A DNA stretch of 46,058 nt, the filler included, from Catajapyx aquilonaris (Eukaryota), in the NCBI GenBank assembly GCA_000934665.2. It is 2 parts of 2 records of this genome, joined end to end, with 100 filler letters (N's around TTAATTAATTAA, not from the genome) between each part and the next. Parts side by side here need not be neighbours in the genome. Positions count along the whole stretch, not along the records: positions 1 to 22,995 come from JYFJ02005774.1; 1 more part is not named here. One strand, given 5' to 3'. Of this stretch, positions 1 through 12,600 are shown one piece after another (positions within the stretch are counted from its first letter, which is position 1; every line of letters starts with the position of its first letter). The notes beneath the pieces were generated by a model. That model was not told where the DNA came from, searched no databases, and saw nothing but the letters and a program-made list of their open reading frames with translations. The position numbers and the translations under genes were made by a program.

Positions 1-446
1 GCTTACAAGCTATACATTGCCTCCCCAAAAGTGGCATTCACAGACTTCTTGTTGTGTCTTTAGCTATACAATTGAGGCCAACAGGAGTGAAATTGCACGC
101 AAAATAAAAAGAATGCAATAGAAAAATAATTACACAAAATAAAAGACAAGCAGGTTATGGCACACAATGCACAAGACAACCAACTTGTGGCAGTGTTAAC
201 AAAATATCCGGCAACGGTCATGTTTTACAATTGGCACTGCTGACTAGTCATACTGAAATGCGTTTACAACTCAGCCCGTACATCTGCAGTCAACTGCATA
301 CTCCTCAGTGGGAATGATGTGCAGGTAATATCCCAAAGCAGGGGGTGGACCCAAAGAAATGTTAAATAATATCACGATGGAAAGAATGCCTCGCTAGTTC
401 TAATCAATTGCAAAGCCTCTGCAAAATCTCCTCTGCTACAGACGTC

Positions 447-463
447 TTACGTCGGACACAAAA
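447..463 (-). CDS. Unc-76: Unc-76 last coding exon (VLCPT*); 3' UTR continues toward position 1
   Basis: Acceptor CTTCCAG|TT TTG TGT CCG ACG TAA gives the conserved FEZ C-terminus LCPT. Confidence 0.93.
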
Positions 464-3400
464 CTGGAAGAGAAAGAGGAACATGAGACAAACTGAAACA
501 TATACACACACCATCTACCTACCCTTCAATATGTAGTCTGTCAGAAGAGTCGGTACTGTGGGACTGTCTTCATTTATAGCTTTCAGAACTGAAATTTATG
601 CAAAGGCATTGTACTATAGCAAACAAAAAGACAATTTTGAACTGCAGCAAAATTCAAAGTTGCCTCAATATATTTTTCCAATATACAGTAGTACTGTACA
701 TCACAGTAAAGAGTCAAAAGTGCCTAAAATTATCTACTTACTCTTTATGAGGACTTGCAGGGTTGGGTTGTCTGGAGGTCCTGCACCCAAATGGTAAGGG
801 ATGACAGTGGTCAAGTGCTGCAAAGAAAAAAATTAACCATTGACAAAAACATTAAAAATACATAACCTTCTGCTACCAGAACATTATAATTAAATTGTGG
901 GTGTCAGATCAATATTTTTATAAATCTGAACTACTGAACTGTCACATTGCATATTTTTGTTGATGAAAAATTACCACGGTTCTCAATGTTACAGCATGTC
1001 ATGTCAGACCTTTCTTTGGTTTTCAACCATCCTGTAATCTGAAGAGCACTATCATTGACACTGAACTCACAGGAAATGTACAACGTTTATGTCACAATCT
1101 GATGAAGCATGGTGTTATCAGAAAAATGGCAAAGGAAGAACTCATATAAACTGCTTCCAAGGTATAATATGAGGCTACACAAGAAGACAGATGTACAAAA
1201 TACCAAATAACAATGTTAGCCAATATCCCTGCTGTAATGTATTCAGCCTGACATAGTACCGATATCACATTGTTAGTAATACTGTTGTCATTGTGGGCAT
1301 TCAATGTTGTTGCGTCCATAGGAAAAACCATCGAAGTGACAAAAAGCGACTTCTGAGAAAAATGCATTTGAAAATATTCTCGATGTAGCACTTGTCCTTT
1401 TACTCGGAATGAAACATTATTATACCAATATATGGAACTTTTTGTGGAGAATTTTATGGTTCATAATAAATTAATCTACTACATGTCATTTTGGGAGGTC
1501 ACCGGAGGTCATGTAGATAGATGGTTTTTACTCAGCAATCTGTAAATGTACTATTACTATTTTGCACAAAACCATGTATCTGCACTACACTAGGAGTGAA
1601 AGATCTTTAAAATGGCAACAAAAATTCATGAAACTATCAGCTGTTAACTTTATTTACTCAACGCTTCTGGATAGATAAGTATGAGAGGTCTCAGATCAAA
1701 AGCGGCTAAGTAAAAAAAAACTGGTCGTAAAATGAGCAAAAACTGATGGTTACTTAACTTTCACTCTTTCAATCTTGAAACTTTTTGCGATTTGATGAGA
1801 ACAGCAATCTCCTTGTTTTTAAATAACAATTCAGTAATAAATTGTTCAAATTGCAGTTTCAAAAATTTTCCTGGAGTGACCAATATGTAATACATCATTG
1901 AACCACGTGACAATTCATTTGGACATCCACACACGACAATAAAATTTAAATTGGGATCTCTTCCAACTTAATGCGGTTTATCTTTTTAACTGGCCATTGA
2001 CATAAGTATTTACAATTACCTAGGTGGAGTTCTTTGATCACGCTGTCTCATAAAAGTAATAACATGCGGTATGAATTTTTAAAGCAAAAATATTGGTGAA
2101 ATTTGGATGCCAGTTGAGGTGACCACATTGACGGGACCCGTTTTGTGCACAAAATGTTTTTATATCTGGCTAATATCACAATTCGCCTCTCTAGATTTTG
2201 CGGAAATCTCAAGAATATATATATATATAAACAGACACACCTTATGTTAATTAAGAAATTATTAACCCTCTGACCGACATGTACGTGATTTACGGACACT
2301 CACTTTAATTTATTTTTTTTGCAAAGAATCTATCAATTCTAAAGGAATGCGGTTTTCGGCATATTCACAAGCAAACCCAGCAGAATTCACCACAAAAATC
2401 ACATGCTCGAGTGCTTTGTCGGACTTTATCGTATGAAGCCACCTTCCGCTAGCTACAAGGTGGCTATATTGGAAAAGGATCTTTGCGCAGTGATACAGAT
2501 TGTATGAAGCTTAGCACAATTATGGGAATTTAGCAATTAATTAGATTGGTTTCTAAGCAATATTTTGCGTATAATCGTTCTTTGAACCCGTAAACTTCAC
2601 CGCTACGTTTTTTATGATTCCCGAGTAGCCGCAGAGAAATAGTTATAGCTGTTATGCTACACAAGGCCTAGACTGTGGGAGCTGTGCAGTGGATCTGGCG
2701 GGAGCGGCCTTTCAATGCAGTTCGAATGATATATGAGGCATAGGGCTAACACGAGCCGTTGGTGAGATATGGATTTTTAAATCTACGATTACGTCATCCA
2801 TGAGTCATTGAGGCGGAAGTAGCGGCGGAAACTTTTGTTACGCCCAGCATCTCCATTAATTACAGGAATAAGTGTTCCAAAAGTTATGGACAACAAGACA
2901 GACAGTCAGGCAATATAATAAAACCCAGTGTTAGAAGTTGAGGTAATATGCTGATTTGTGACAAGAGTGCAAACTTAAATTCGCTCTCCTGAAAAATTAC
3001 TCCTTTGTCAGTTATGTTTTTCCACCACACCTCTCAAATGTGACTCCATGCACAGTCAATTTGATACAAGCTGCAAGTGTGTTGTGGAATATGGTTAGGC
3101 ACCGTTCCACTGATTTTGACGCAGGTGATCACATAAACTGTAACAGGGAATGATAGGAGGGTCAAGGAGCCAGCATGGGAACTGAAAGTGGTTGGCCGTT
3201 AACGCTGGTTATTACACTACCCGTCTATTACTATACATCACTGAATTGTGAGGTTGTCACAATCTTGTGCCTACCCTACTACTATTGTTTTCATCCACAA
3301 ATACAGGGTGGTTGAAAAATAATGCCCCGATTCTAAAACCCTATAACTCGAATACTTGTAGCCATATCTTAATGATTTCAGTTTTGAAATGCTAAGAAAG

Positions 3401-6400
3401 GTCTAAAGTTTTGGTCTCACCTTAGTGTGTTTTGATATGAGCTCCATTTGTCGCTCGGAAAATGTAAATATGGTAATAGGTGTCGTGCCTAACCCGATCA
3501 GTCATGCCTGGAGTCACCATTGTGATCCTATCCTGTATGTGCTAGAGATGCCTGATCTTTTCACCATACACAGTCAATCATGGTAAGATCTTGGCTTCTG
3601 GGGAGGCTAGGAATGGGGAAACTTCTCATTCAAGGCATTGCACACTGGGAGGCTGAACAAATGAAACTTTTCTACAGCAGGTTTGTTTCGTGGATGAGGC
3701 GATTTTTTATCTGAATCATCAAGAACAATGGGTGTGGTGTAAAGGCCATAATATCAGGCACCTACGGCTACGGGATAGGATTGCAACGGTAGCTCCAGAT
3801 ATGATTGAGAGGGTTTGGCGCGAGACCGAATACAGCTTTTTTATCTGCCGAGCGATAAATAAAGCTCATATCGAAACAAACTTAGGGGAAACTAAAACTT
3901 TCGACCTATCTGAGCATTTCAAAACTAAAATCATTAATATATGTCTTTCAAGTTATAGGGTTTTAGAATCAGGGCATTCTTTTTCAACCACCCTGTACTG
4001 TATTATTGTCCAAACTGGTTGATAAGTGGTCAATAAAGAACTCTAGTTTACTATTAGTCTTTACAGGTACAAAGCTAATTGCTATTAGATGGGACTATGA
4101 AGAAGATGAGAAAGTCACCCTCATTGCCTCTAATGATCTAACATCATTTACATCCAGCCTTTAGGCATAATCATTTATGAATCAGAGGTAAGGACTAACT
4201 TGGCTGGCTCCCTGAAAACTGAATGAGCTCCACATCAGTAAGCAAATATCATTACAACTCCCTCCCTTACACAGTCCAGCCAGGGAATGAATGACAAAAG
4301 AAAAATAGTCATGAAACTCTCGGTCATTCCAATGTCCACAGAGAGTGAGCAAAGAAGCTGAAACTTCAGCAAAAAGATACATGTAACGTACATTTGTTCA
4401 CTAAAAGGTGACAAAATTATAGCAAAACAATATGTCTCAGGTAAGTAGCCATTCATCTGGTATCTGTTAAATCATCCCCCAACTACAGCAGAGAGCACTC
4501 GCCTTTCCTGAGGAGATGGCAACTGAATTAAGCCCTTTGAGCCTGCAGTGAATATACAGTTGTTTCAGAATTAAGCTTGCATTAATAGTTTAAAATGTCA
4601 CATATTCTCCTGCATCAGGATGGTATTCCTGAGCCAGCCGATTTGAGTTGGTTAGAAGCAGTCGTATAATGCCATAATGTTCAGAAGAAGAAAACATTCA
4701 CTTCCCCTTACTCCCTTTTCTCCCCCTCAGGAGGACAATATGACTTGTGTTCATACATTACATTTCTGCAGATACAAATGCCTGCATAATTGAAGGGGTC
4801 GGTGCAATACTGCCCTAACCCTCCCAAACCTGATTTTGAGAAAACTGCAGTTGAAAGTTTGAGAGGCCATATACATCCCATATACCATGTGACTTATTTC
4901 ATTTGATTTCTCAGTGACCGATGGCAGAAACTGCACAATTTCAATGGATTTTATTAGATACATGAGTGTAGTACATGGAAGTGTGCTTAACTCAATTTGT
5001 GTCATTTGGTGGGTTAGGGCGGTATTGCACCGACCCCTTCAATTATGAAACACACTGCATATACTTGAGCTAATGCCTTATGGCAGTCTTGGCCCAAACC
5101 CGAAAACAGTAGGCTACATTAAGATGAGTGTGTTATCGCCCGATGTTACTGTGCTTGGGTTGGGGGAAGGGAATTACTTCAAATAAGACAGCATGTCAGA
5201 ACTACCACAAGACAGAGGTTCTAATATACAGGGTGTTCCAAGTTCATGGGTTGTTTTTAGTTATAGGAAATTTCACGTGAAGCTGTTATTTTTTGTAGCT
5301 CGTTGTACCCCGATCCAGATGCTATAGATCCGGATATAGATCGGTAAACATAAGAATGAAACCGAGTGTGGCGCACATGATGCAATCCTGGAATTAGAAG
5401 TGATATGTGCGTAAGCATGATATGATCTTATTTCTGACACTGGCATGGCTATACAGATCACTTCTGATACCAGTATTGCATCCTGTGCGCCATGGCGATG
5501 CCCACTCGGTTGCGTTCTTATGTTGACCGATCTATATTCTATAGCAACTGCTACATTCGACCACCTGGGAGTAATGGGGCACCTGGATTGGGGAACAACT
5601 AGCTACTACTTTGGGCGATATTAGTGATAACTCAAAATGACCCACAAACTTGGAACATCCTGTATATGCATATTGGAAAATATTAGTTTTTCCTTGAGTT
5701 TTGCTTATTTTTTAGGTGAAATAAGCATTGTCATTGATACTGCCTGCTGCTGAAAGACCTGGTCTTTCCTGCAATAACCATATTATGCTTACAAGTCTAT
5801 GTGCATCTCTAAAAATAATCAAAACCCATAACATAGTGGACTCATTTCAATCTATTAATGAGTCCAATCAATGTTGCTGTGGGGTTTTCACCATGCCAAA
5901 AAAAAGGTCTGCATGTGCCTCCCAATCCTTTTTTCCCCAGACACTGAATAACTCAATAACCTACTGAAATGGTGCCACCAAAGAGCTTCAAATAGTGTTG
6001 TATTGACCTCTATACAGGGTGTTTCAGAGTCACGGGTCAAGCAGACGCGAGGGGGTGGGGAAAAATCATAGGGGGGCAACAACCCCGGTCGGTTTTATAA
6101 AACAATTAGAAATACGGCGGTAATCAATTTATTTATTACGGCTGTATGGCGTGACATCACATCCTTTCTGTATTCGAATTGACTGGCACGGAGTGGCAAA
6201 TGCAAGGCAAATGCATTGGGTTGTACCTGGTTGATGGGTTTTTAGCCTTGCGGGTTGCACTGAAAAAGGCGCTCTCATGCTACACCGGCAGGGTACTGTA
6301 ATAATAATAATAATAATAATAATAATATAATAATTCATACCCCGTTATCAGCCGGCGGCTCTTTTTAGGGGGGAATTTTTGTTTTGTCTGGAACTCTTTG

Positions 6401-6611
6401 CTTGCATTTTTACTTATTGCTTTTTGGGAGAGGATAGGAAAGGAAGGGGGCGGCTGTGGCCTGTTTATTAGAAAACAACTCCGGAATTCTCCTGGAGAAA
6501 CCGTGGGAAACCACAGAAAACCACGGTTAGAGTTGCCGGCACCGGGATTCGAACCCAGGACCTCCCGATTAGCAGTCGGACGCCTTATCCACTATGCCAA
6601 CCTGCTTCGGT

Positions 6612-6682
<71 letters not shown>

Positions 6683-9600
6683 TTGTACTCCATGCTAGAG
6701 CCATGGGCCCTCTTAGGGGGGTGGGATACCACCATATTTTTTTTTATCTGGAACTCTTACTTTCGTTTTTACTTCTCTTATATGGGGATGGGATAGGGAC
6801 GGAAGGAAGAGGCTGTGGCCTATAATTACGGACAAGACCCCAGAATTTTCCTGGTGAGACCATGGGAAACCACAGAAAACCACGGTCAGGGTCGGCGGCC
6901 CCCGGGATTCGAACCCAGGACCTCCCGATTAGCAGTCGGATACCATATCCCCTCCGCTACCACTGCTTCGGTTAATACTACACCGGCAGGGTACTGTACA
7001 ACGTAGTGTACTACTGTACAGTGGTGTGTTCAGTACCCTGCCGGTGTAGCATGAGAGCGCCTTTTCCAGTGCAACCCGCAAGGCTAAAAACCCATTCAAC
7101 CAGGTTCAACTCACTAGTGCACCTGCCAGTCTGCGCCAGTCAATTCGAACAGAAAGGATGTGACGTCACGCCGTGCGGCCGTAATAAATAAGTTGATTAC
7201 TGCCGTATTTCTAATTGTTTTATAAAACCGACCGGGGTGTTGCCACCTACCATTTTTCCCCACCCCCTCGCGCGCACTTGACCCGTGACTCGGAAACACC
7301 CTGTATGCCAATAAAATATGTTGGAAAGACTATTCCTGACAGGGAGGAATGTCTAACTTCACAAATCACACCAAGAAGTGCAAGTGAACCATCTGGTAAG
7401 GGAGATGGAATTGAGAAAGAGATAGCTGGTTGCTTGCCACACTGCCTCTAACTTTCTCCCCTTCCATGCACAACTACACAATATTTTTTAAAGCCTCATG
7501 TAAAAATAGGTGTCATTCTTAACCCCTTTGCCCCCAGCTATACTGCCATTGCCTAGATTTTCGTTTCTGTTACACTTACATGTACTCTGAAGATAAAAAA
7601 TAATATACTGTATTTTACAAATAATAACAGCTATACTTACATGTTCATGCTCAACGCTATGTATGTGTTTGAAACAATTTTCCTTGTCTCTAGAAGACCC
7701 TAAATTAATTTTCAAAAATAATAACTTGAAATTCAAGTACTACTGGCCAACTGTTAGGCCATCGCCTAGATTTTCACATACATGTACTCAAGATAAGGAC
7801 ACGATATCTTACTAAATAATAACAGCTATACTTACACGTTCATTGAAAATGCTATGAATGTGTTTGAAACCATTTTCCTCCTCTAGAAGCTCCTAAATTA
7901 ATTTCCAAAAAGATAGCTGTATTTTTTTTAAACCGAAATTCGACAACTGCCGGCCAACTGTTAGGCTGATTTGAAGGGTGACATGCAACCAAGTTTAAAG
8001 TGCCATCTGCCTTGTTTTGCATTTTCCTGGTGTTTTGAGTTCAGCGTGACATTCTGCGCAGAATGGTACTAGTTTCACTTGCTAGATGGAAGTGGAAGCA
8101 TTGTTTTGGGACTGCTTTAGGGTCGTTCTGCAATAAGGTTATATGTGCCGATGGAACAAATAAAGCTCTCTCCTGAAAAGTTGCTATTTTGGTACTTGAG
8201 ACATTGTAGCAGGTCACCCTTCATTTAATTATGAAATACGTTAAAATATACCAAATATTAACCTCGAGAAGCTTGCCAGACGAAGTTGCTGATATTGTTG
8301 TACTTTGCGAGAAATATATTATTTCTTATCTGCAGCTTTCCTGTTACTTCGGAAATCTCCCAAATTCCTTTATTTCTTGTGAAGTACAACGATTTCAGCA
8401 AATTCGTCTGGCACTATTAATAATGGATACCCCGTGATAGGCCTCTTAGGGGATCGATCATATTTTATTCAACCGTCTTTAATCATTGCCTGCGCTGTGA
8501 AGGATTTTGATTGTGGGAGGAACCCCGAGAAAACCCACGCGAACACGGAGAGAACCCATCGAAATTCTATCCACATAAGTATCCTCCGTCCGACCCGGGG
8601 ATCGAACTCGGGACCTTCGAGGTGAGTCGTCTGGCACTATTCTCAAGGTTGTTATTCCATGTATTTTACCGTATTTCATAATTAAATCAGCCAAGTAGTT
8701 GGCCGGAAGTACTCCAATTTCAGGTTTTTCAGGAATCTTTTTGGAAATTAATTTAGAGACTTCTAAACGAGGATAATTGTTCCAAACACATTCATAGTAT
8801 TTTCCATGGACATGTAAGTACAGTAAAACTTCTATAAGTCGAACTTCCCTAAGTCGAAATTCTCTATAAGTCGAAGAAAAATATGAGCTTGGTTGGTCAC
8901 AATGTAAAATAGGAAATAAACTTCCTTAATTCGAATTTCTATAACTCGAAGTGCAGGCAGGGATATCAATGCATTTTCAGTCTCCCTAAGTCCAAGTTCA
9001 TGTTGGCGAGTACGGAAAATTGTCTAATTTCCCAGCCGAAGGCTCTAGAGTAGGCCACATGTACAGAAAGGCTGGATTTCCTGATCTCTGTCTACCAGAC
9101 GTACCGAAAGAAGTGTTTGACTCGATTGTGACAATTGAATCCTTGAATCTAAGAGTATAGGTAAATGTCCATAACAGATTTTTTTCCAACAAAACAATGA
9201 GGAACATTGTAAGTGTGATAGTGACAGTTATTTTTAAGTTTTTAACACCTTTTGTCGCTGGATATAAAGGTAGGTTTCCTTAGAGAGTTTCTGTGTTTTA
9301 AAAAATCCAAACCTCTCTAACTCGAATTTTCTATAACTTGAAGTTTTTTTCCTGGCCCCATGAAGATTCGACTTATAGAAGTTTTACTGTATAACTGTTA
9401 TTTTGTGTAAAATATCTTGTCCGTATCTTCAGAGTACTCGTAAGTGGAAAAGAAGGCGATGGCAGGTATAGCTGGGGGCGAATGGGTTAAAGGAATGCAC
9501 AGTTGAGTAATCAGGGTGCATTCTGAAATTCAAATTAATACACCCTGATAATATTTATGGGAATAACCTTTAATAAAGTCAGTTGCCAGCTGACAGCCAC

Positions 9601-12600
9601 TGCTCAAAGAAAAATCATCACTGCACTATCAGAGGGTTAAAAACACTCCCTGCTTTCTTCCCAAACTCCCCCTCCTCCAACAGATGTCAAGGCAACGGCC
9701 TTAACTAAGCCACCAAACCCATTAAAATCACTTGCCCTAGTGCTGAATTCAATCGATCACTTACTCCTCCCTCTCTGCCATTCCTTCAGCAAAGATGCAG
9801 ATGCCTACACAAGTGCTAAGTAAAAGTGCAATAAAGAGTATTATTTGTACAACAGGGAAGCTATCAAAATAAATATGATTTTAATTATGGCAATGATGAT
9901 GTACTAATTTAAAATGTTTAACGGCTTGCAAATCATCCAAAATGGCACACTCCAGGAACAAGCTACAGGTCAAGCAAGAGGGATGTCACAGCACCATACC
10001 ATACTGGTCCACACAATTCATGCATTCAAAGCAAACATTTCAGTTCTTCTTGAAGGGTAATGCTTTCACAATCAAACATAAAATCTACCTTTGTGCATAT
10101 GCAATTTCCTTAGATTGAAGTGATCTGCTCAATTTAACTTGTCTACACAAAAAAGTGGTCAAATTGTGCAAGATAACTTTCATGTGTAATGTGCAGGAAA
10201 AATTCATCACTATGCAATGTGCACCTATACCCTACTGCAGCAATAATGGGTATAATGGACAATAATAGGTACCATAAAATTTAAAGATGGCTTCTTACAA
10301 GCTTTTAATTGTCATGCATGAATGTTGTTTTCACCTTTGGATCCACTCCATTTGGGCCAGTCAGTTTGGTGTTTTTGTTCTTTTTCTTCTCAATGTTGTA
10401 CTGCCTTCGCTTGTTCTGCACCGAGAGCAACAAGGAAATAAATGTATTTTTGAGCTCCTTCTCATACTCCAGCTCATCTCGTAGTGCCAGTTCTGAGATG
10501 AGGGTCTCTGAATATTCCTTGATCAACACCTCCAGCTCCATGTAAAGCTCATTGAGTTGGCCAACAGTCAATGTTTGAAGTTCTGGAAGGAATGCTCTCT
10601 TTCAGATTACATCACACAAACATAAGGCAGTATACTCACTTTCTTCATAAAGGGGAGATGCTAGATGCTCTTTACCATGCACTTCAATGGAGTCTGCAGT
10701 TTCAAAGTAGGATCCATCAGAATCAGGGGAGCATTCAGTTGAAGGAGTTTCCTGAAAGGTAGAATTTTCTTTGAGTTATGCCCTATTAGTAGATGCGATA
10801 CCTACTTGTACGAATCTCACTCTATACTAGCTATATACATAACACTCTACACCAACATGTTGTTATAGCCATGAAATGGTTCTGACAGACCTCTGTTGGC
10901 TCCATAAAGCCGCCAAGAGAGGTTTTAGAATTTCTTTACATTTAGATGAACCCGAAAGATGAATTTAAAATATATTAATCTAAAACCTCCTTGCAACCTG
11001 CACTTGGATATTGCCATGTTTGCCCAGAATGATGTGACATTCGGAATTCAAACATCAGAGACAGGACATATTTGAATGCCAAAAGTAGCCAGCACCTTTT
11101 TTTTCTACAATAGATTTTAGCTGCAAACATTTCCAATCCCCAGGAAATAACAAGGAAGTGGGAGTCTGTCAGGCAACTTCTAACGTGGAACTGCAGAAGT
11201 GAATTTGTTCAAAAGAAGTGGCTCAGTGAACAGGCCATTAAGCCTCTTTCACACTAGGACACCACAGACTCGTGGCCATGGCAGCGCCGCCAGTTCTTTG
11301 CATTGCTGCAAGTGGAGCCTTTCACACGTGGTGGTGGCCGCTTCCTTGACAGCGCTGCCCATGTGCCCCCAGATATGCTGGTGGCAGGCAAGGCGATTTC
11401 TGGGCTACTGGCTGGCCATGCCACCACATGTTTGCATTGGATCATATGAAGCCTTTCACACGAGACACGAGTTTTCTTGCGGCCAGATGTGCATTTTGAG
11501 ACTATAGCTCGGCTGGAACAAATCTGCAACACGCAGAGGAGCGCTGCCTAATTTATGCGGCAGCGCTGCCACGGTGACCTCGTGTGAAAGAGGCCTTAGT
11601 AGATCATATGAAGTTTGCCATGAGTGCAAATCTCCAATATTCTTCAAACTCTGTAGTTAGGTAGTCCACCCTGTAGCAATGAAAAAGGTTATTTCTTGCA
11701 TAATTCTGCATTTAAGGCTTAAAACAAGGTATGGTAGGGCTCAAGGCCCATACACACAGGCCGTTGACGGTTTTGGTCGTTGGTCGCGTTGACGCCGCGG
11801 ACCAATCATGGTCCACGGCGTCAACGCGACCAAAGACCAAAACCGTCAACGTCCTGTGTGTAAGGGCCTTCAGATTTTTAAAGTTTGACCTTCACCAATT
11901 ATATTTACAATGATTTACAAAATGTCAGGAAAAGCACTTTTCTTAACATTGTGTACCCATCTCGAGTACAATTTTTTTTTTGTCCCTAATTGGTTCCTTT
12001 ACATTAGCATGTTGCACATACAAACTAATTTCTTTCTCTTGGTCAAATGAGGGATGTCCTGCCTGACACAACAAGTGATGAAGCAACCAACACAACACTA
12101 GTTAGATTTTATTGTTAAAAATGTGTTGAAAGTGAACCTAACCCACTCCCAACCTTTACCCACCATATCCAACCATTGAATCCTGCTGCTACTGTCATAC
12201 AGCTGAAACAAGGGACCACTGTGAATACATAGTGCATACTGTAGCATTAGTAAAACATCCTGCATGAATCAAAATCCTGAAATTCCTTTGGGAAGCCCAG
12301 GCAACTAAAAGCTAACTGACTTGGCTTCTGGAATAAACCGAGCTATTAATAGACAAGTTAAATTTTTTGCAACAACTTAAGTATAGTAGAAGCGTAAAAC
12401 AAGACTGGAATGGTAATTGCAATGTGTGACCTATTCAGAATTTTGCAATCAACACTTGATCCTAATGCATTCATTATTTCGATTCATATATGATGTTTCA
12501 CTAATACTGCAGTATATTTATTCACATATATTCCCTTATTACCACTATGACATCAGAGGAATTCCATGGTTGGATATGGTGGGTAAGGGCAGGAGTGGAG

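Larger units (their letters stand above)
6015..7303. mobile_element. Tc1/mariner-type foldback MITE (~280-bp arms) interrupted by two SINEs
   Basis: TA|CAGGGTGTTTCAGAGTCACGGGTCAAG ... CTTGACCCGTGACTCGGAAACACCCTG|TA. Arms ~6015-6300 and ~7030-7303 are inverted copies. Confidence 0.9.
7523..9486. mobile_element. piggyBac-like non-autonomous element with nested insertions
   Basis: TTAA|CCCCTTTGCCCCCAGCTATAC ... GTATAGCTGGGGGCGAATGGG|TTAA. Internal ~210-bp tandem duplication (~7545-7965), inverted copy at ~8690-8820 + 9390-9486. Confidence 0.75.

Noticed and set aside
6535..6611. tRNA-Ser(GCT)-like sequence (second copy at ~6895-6972)
   Set aside because: It continues into a SINE body with a (TTA)n tail and TSD, and lacks the long Ser variable arm and a good acceptor stem. 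It is a SINE head, not a tRNA gene.
6398..6796. 132-aa ORF with poly-Asn
   Set aside because: It is an antisense reading of a SINE and its (AAT)n tail.
2262..9640. TTAACCCTCTGA at 2262 and TCAGAGGGTTAA at 9629-9640 as ends of one 7.4-kb piggyBac-like element
   Set aside because: The match is only 12 bp including TTAA and does not extend inward. These are more likely ends of separate elements or chance.
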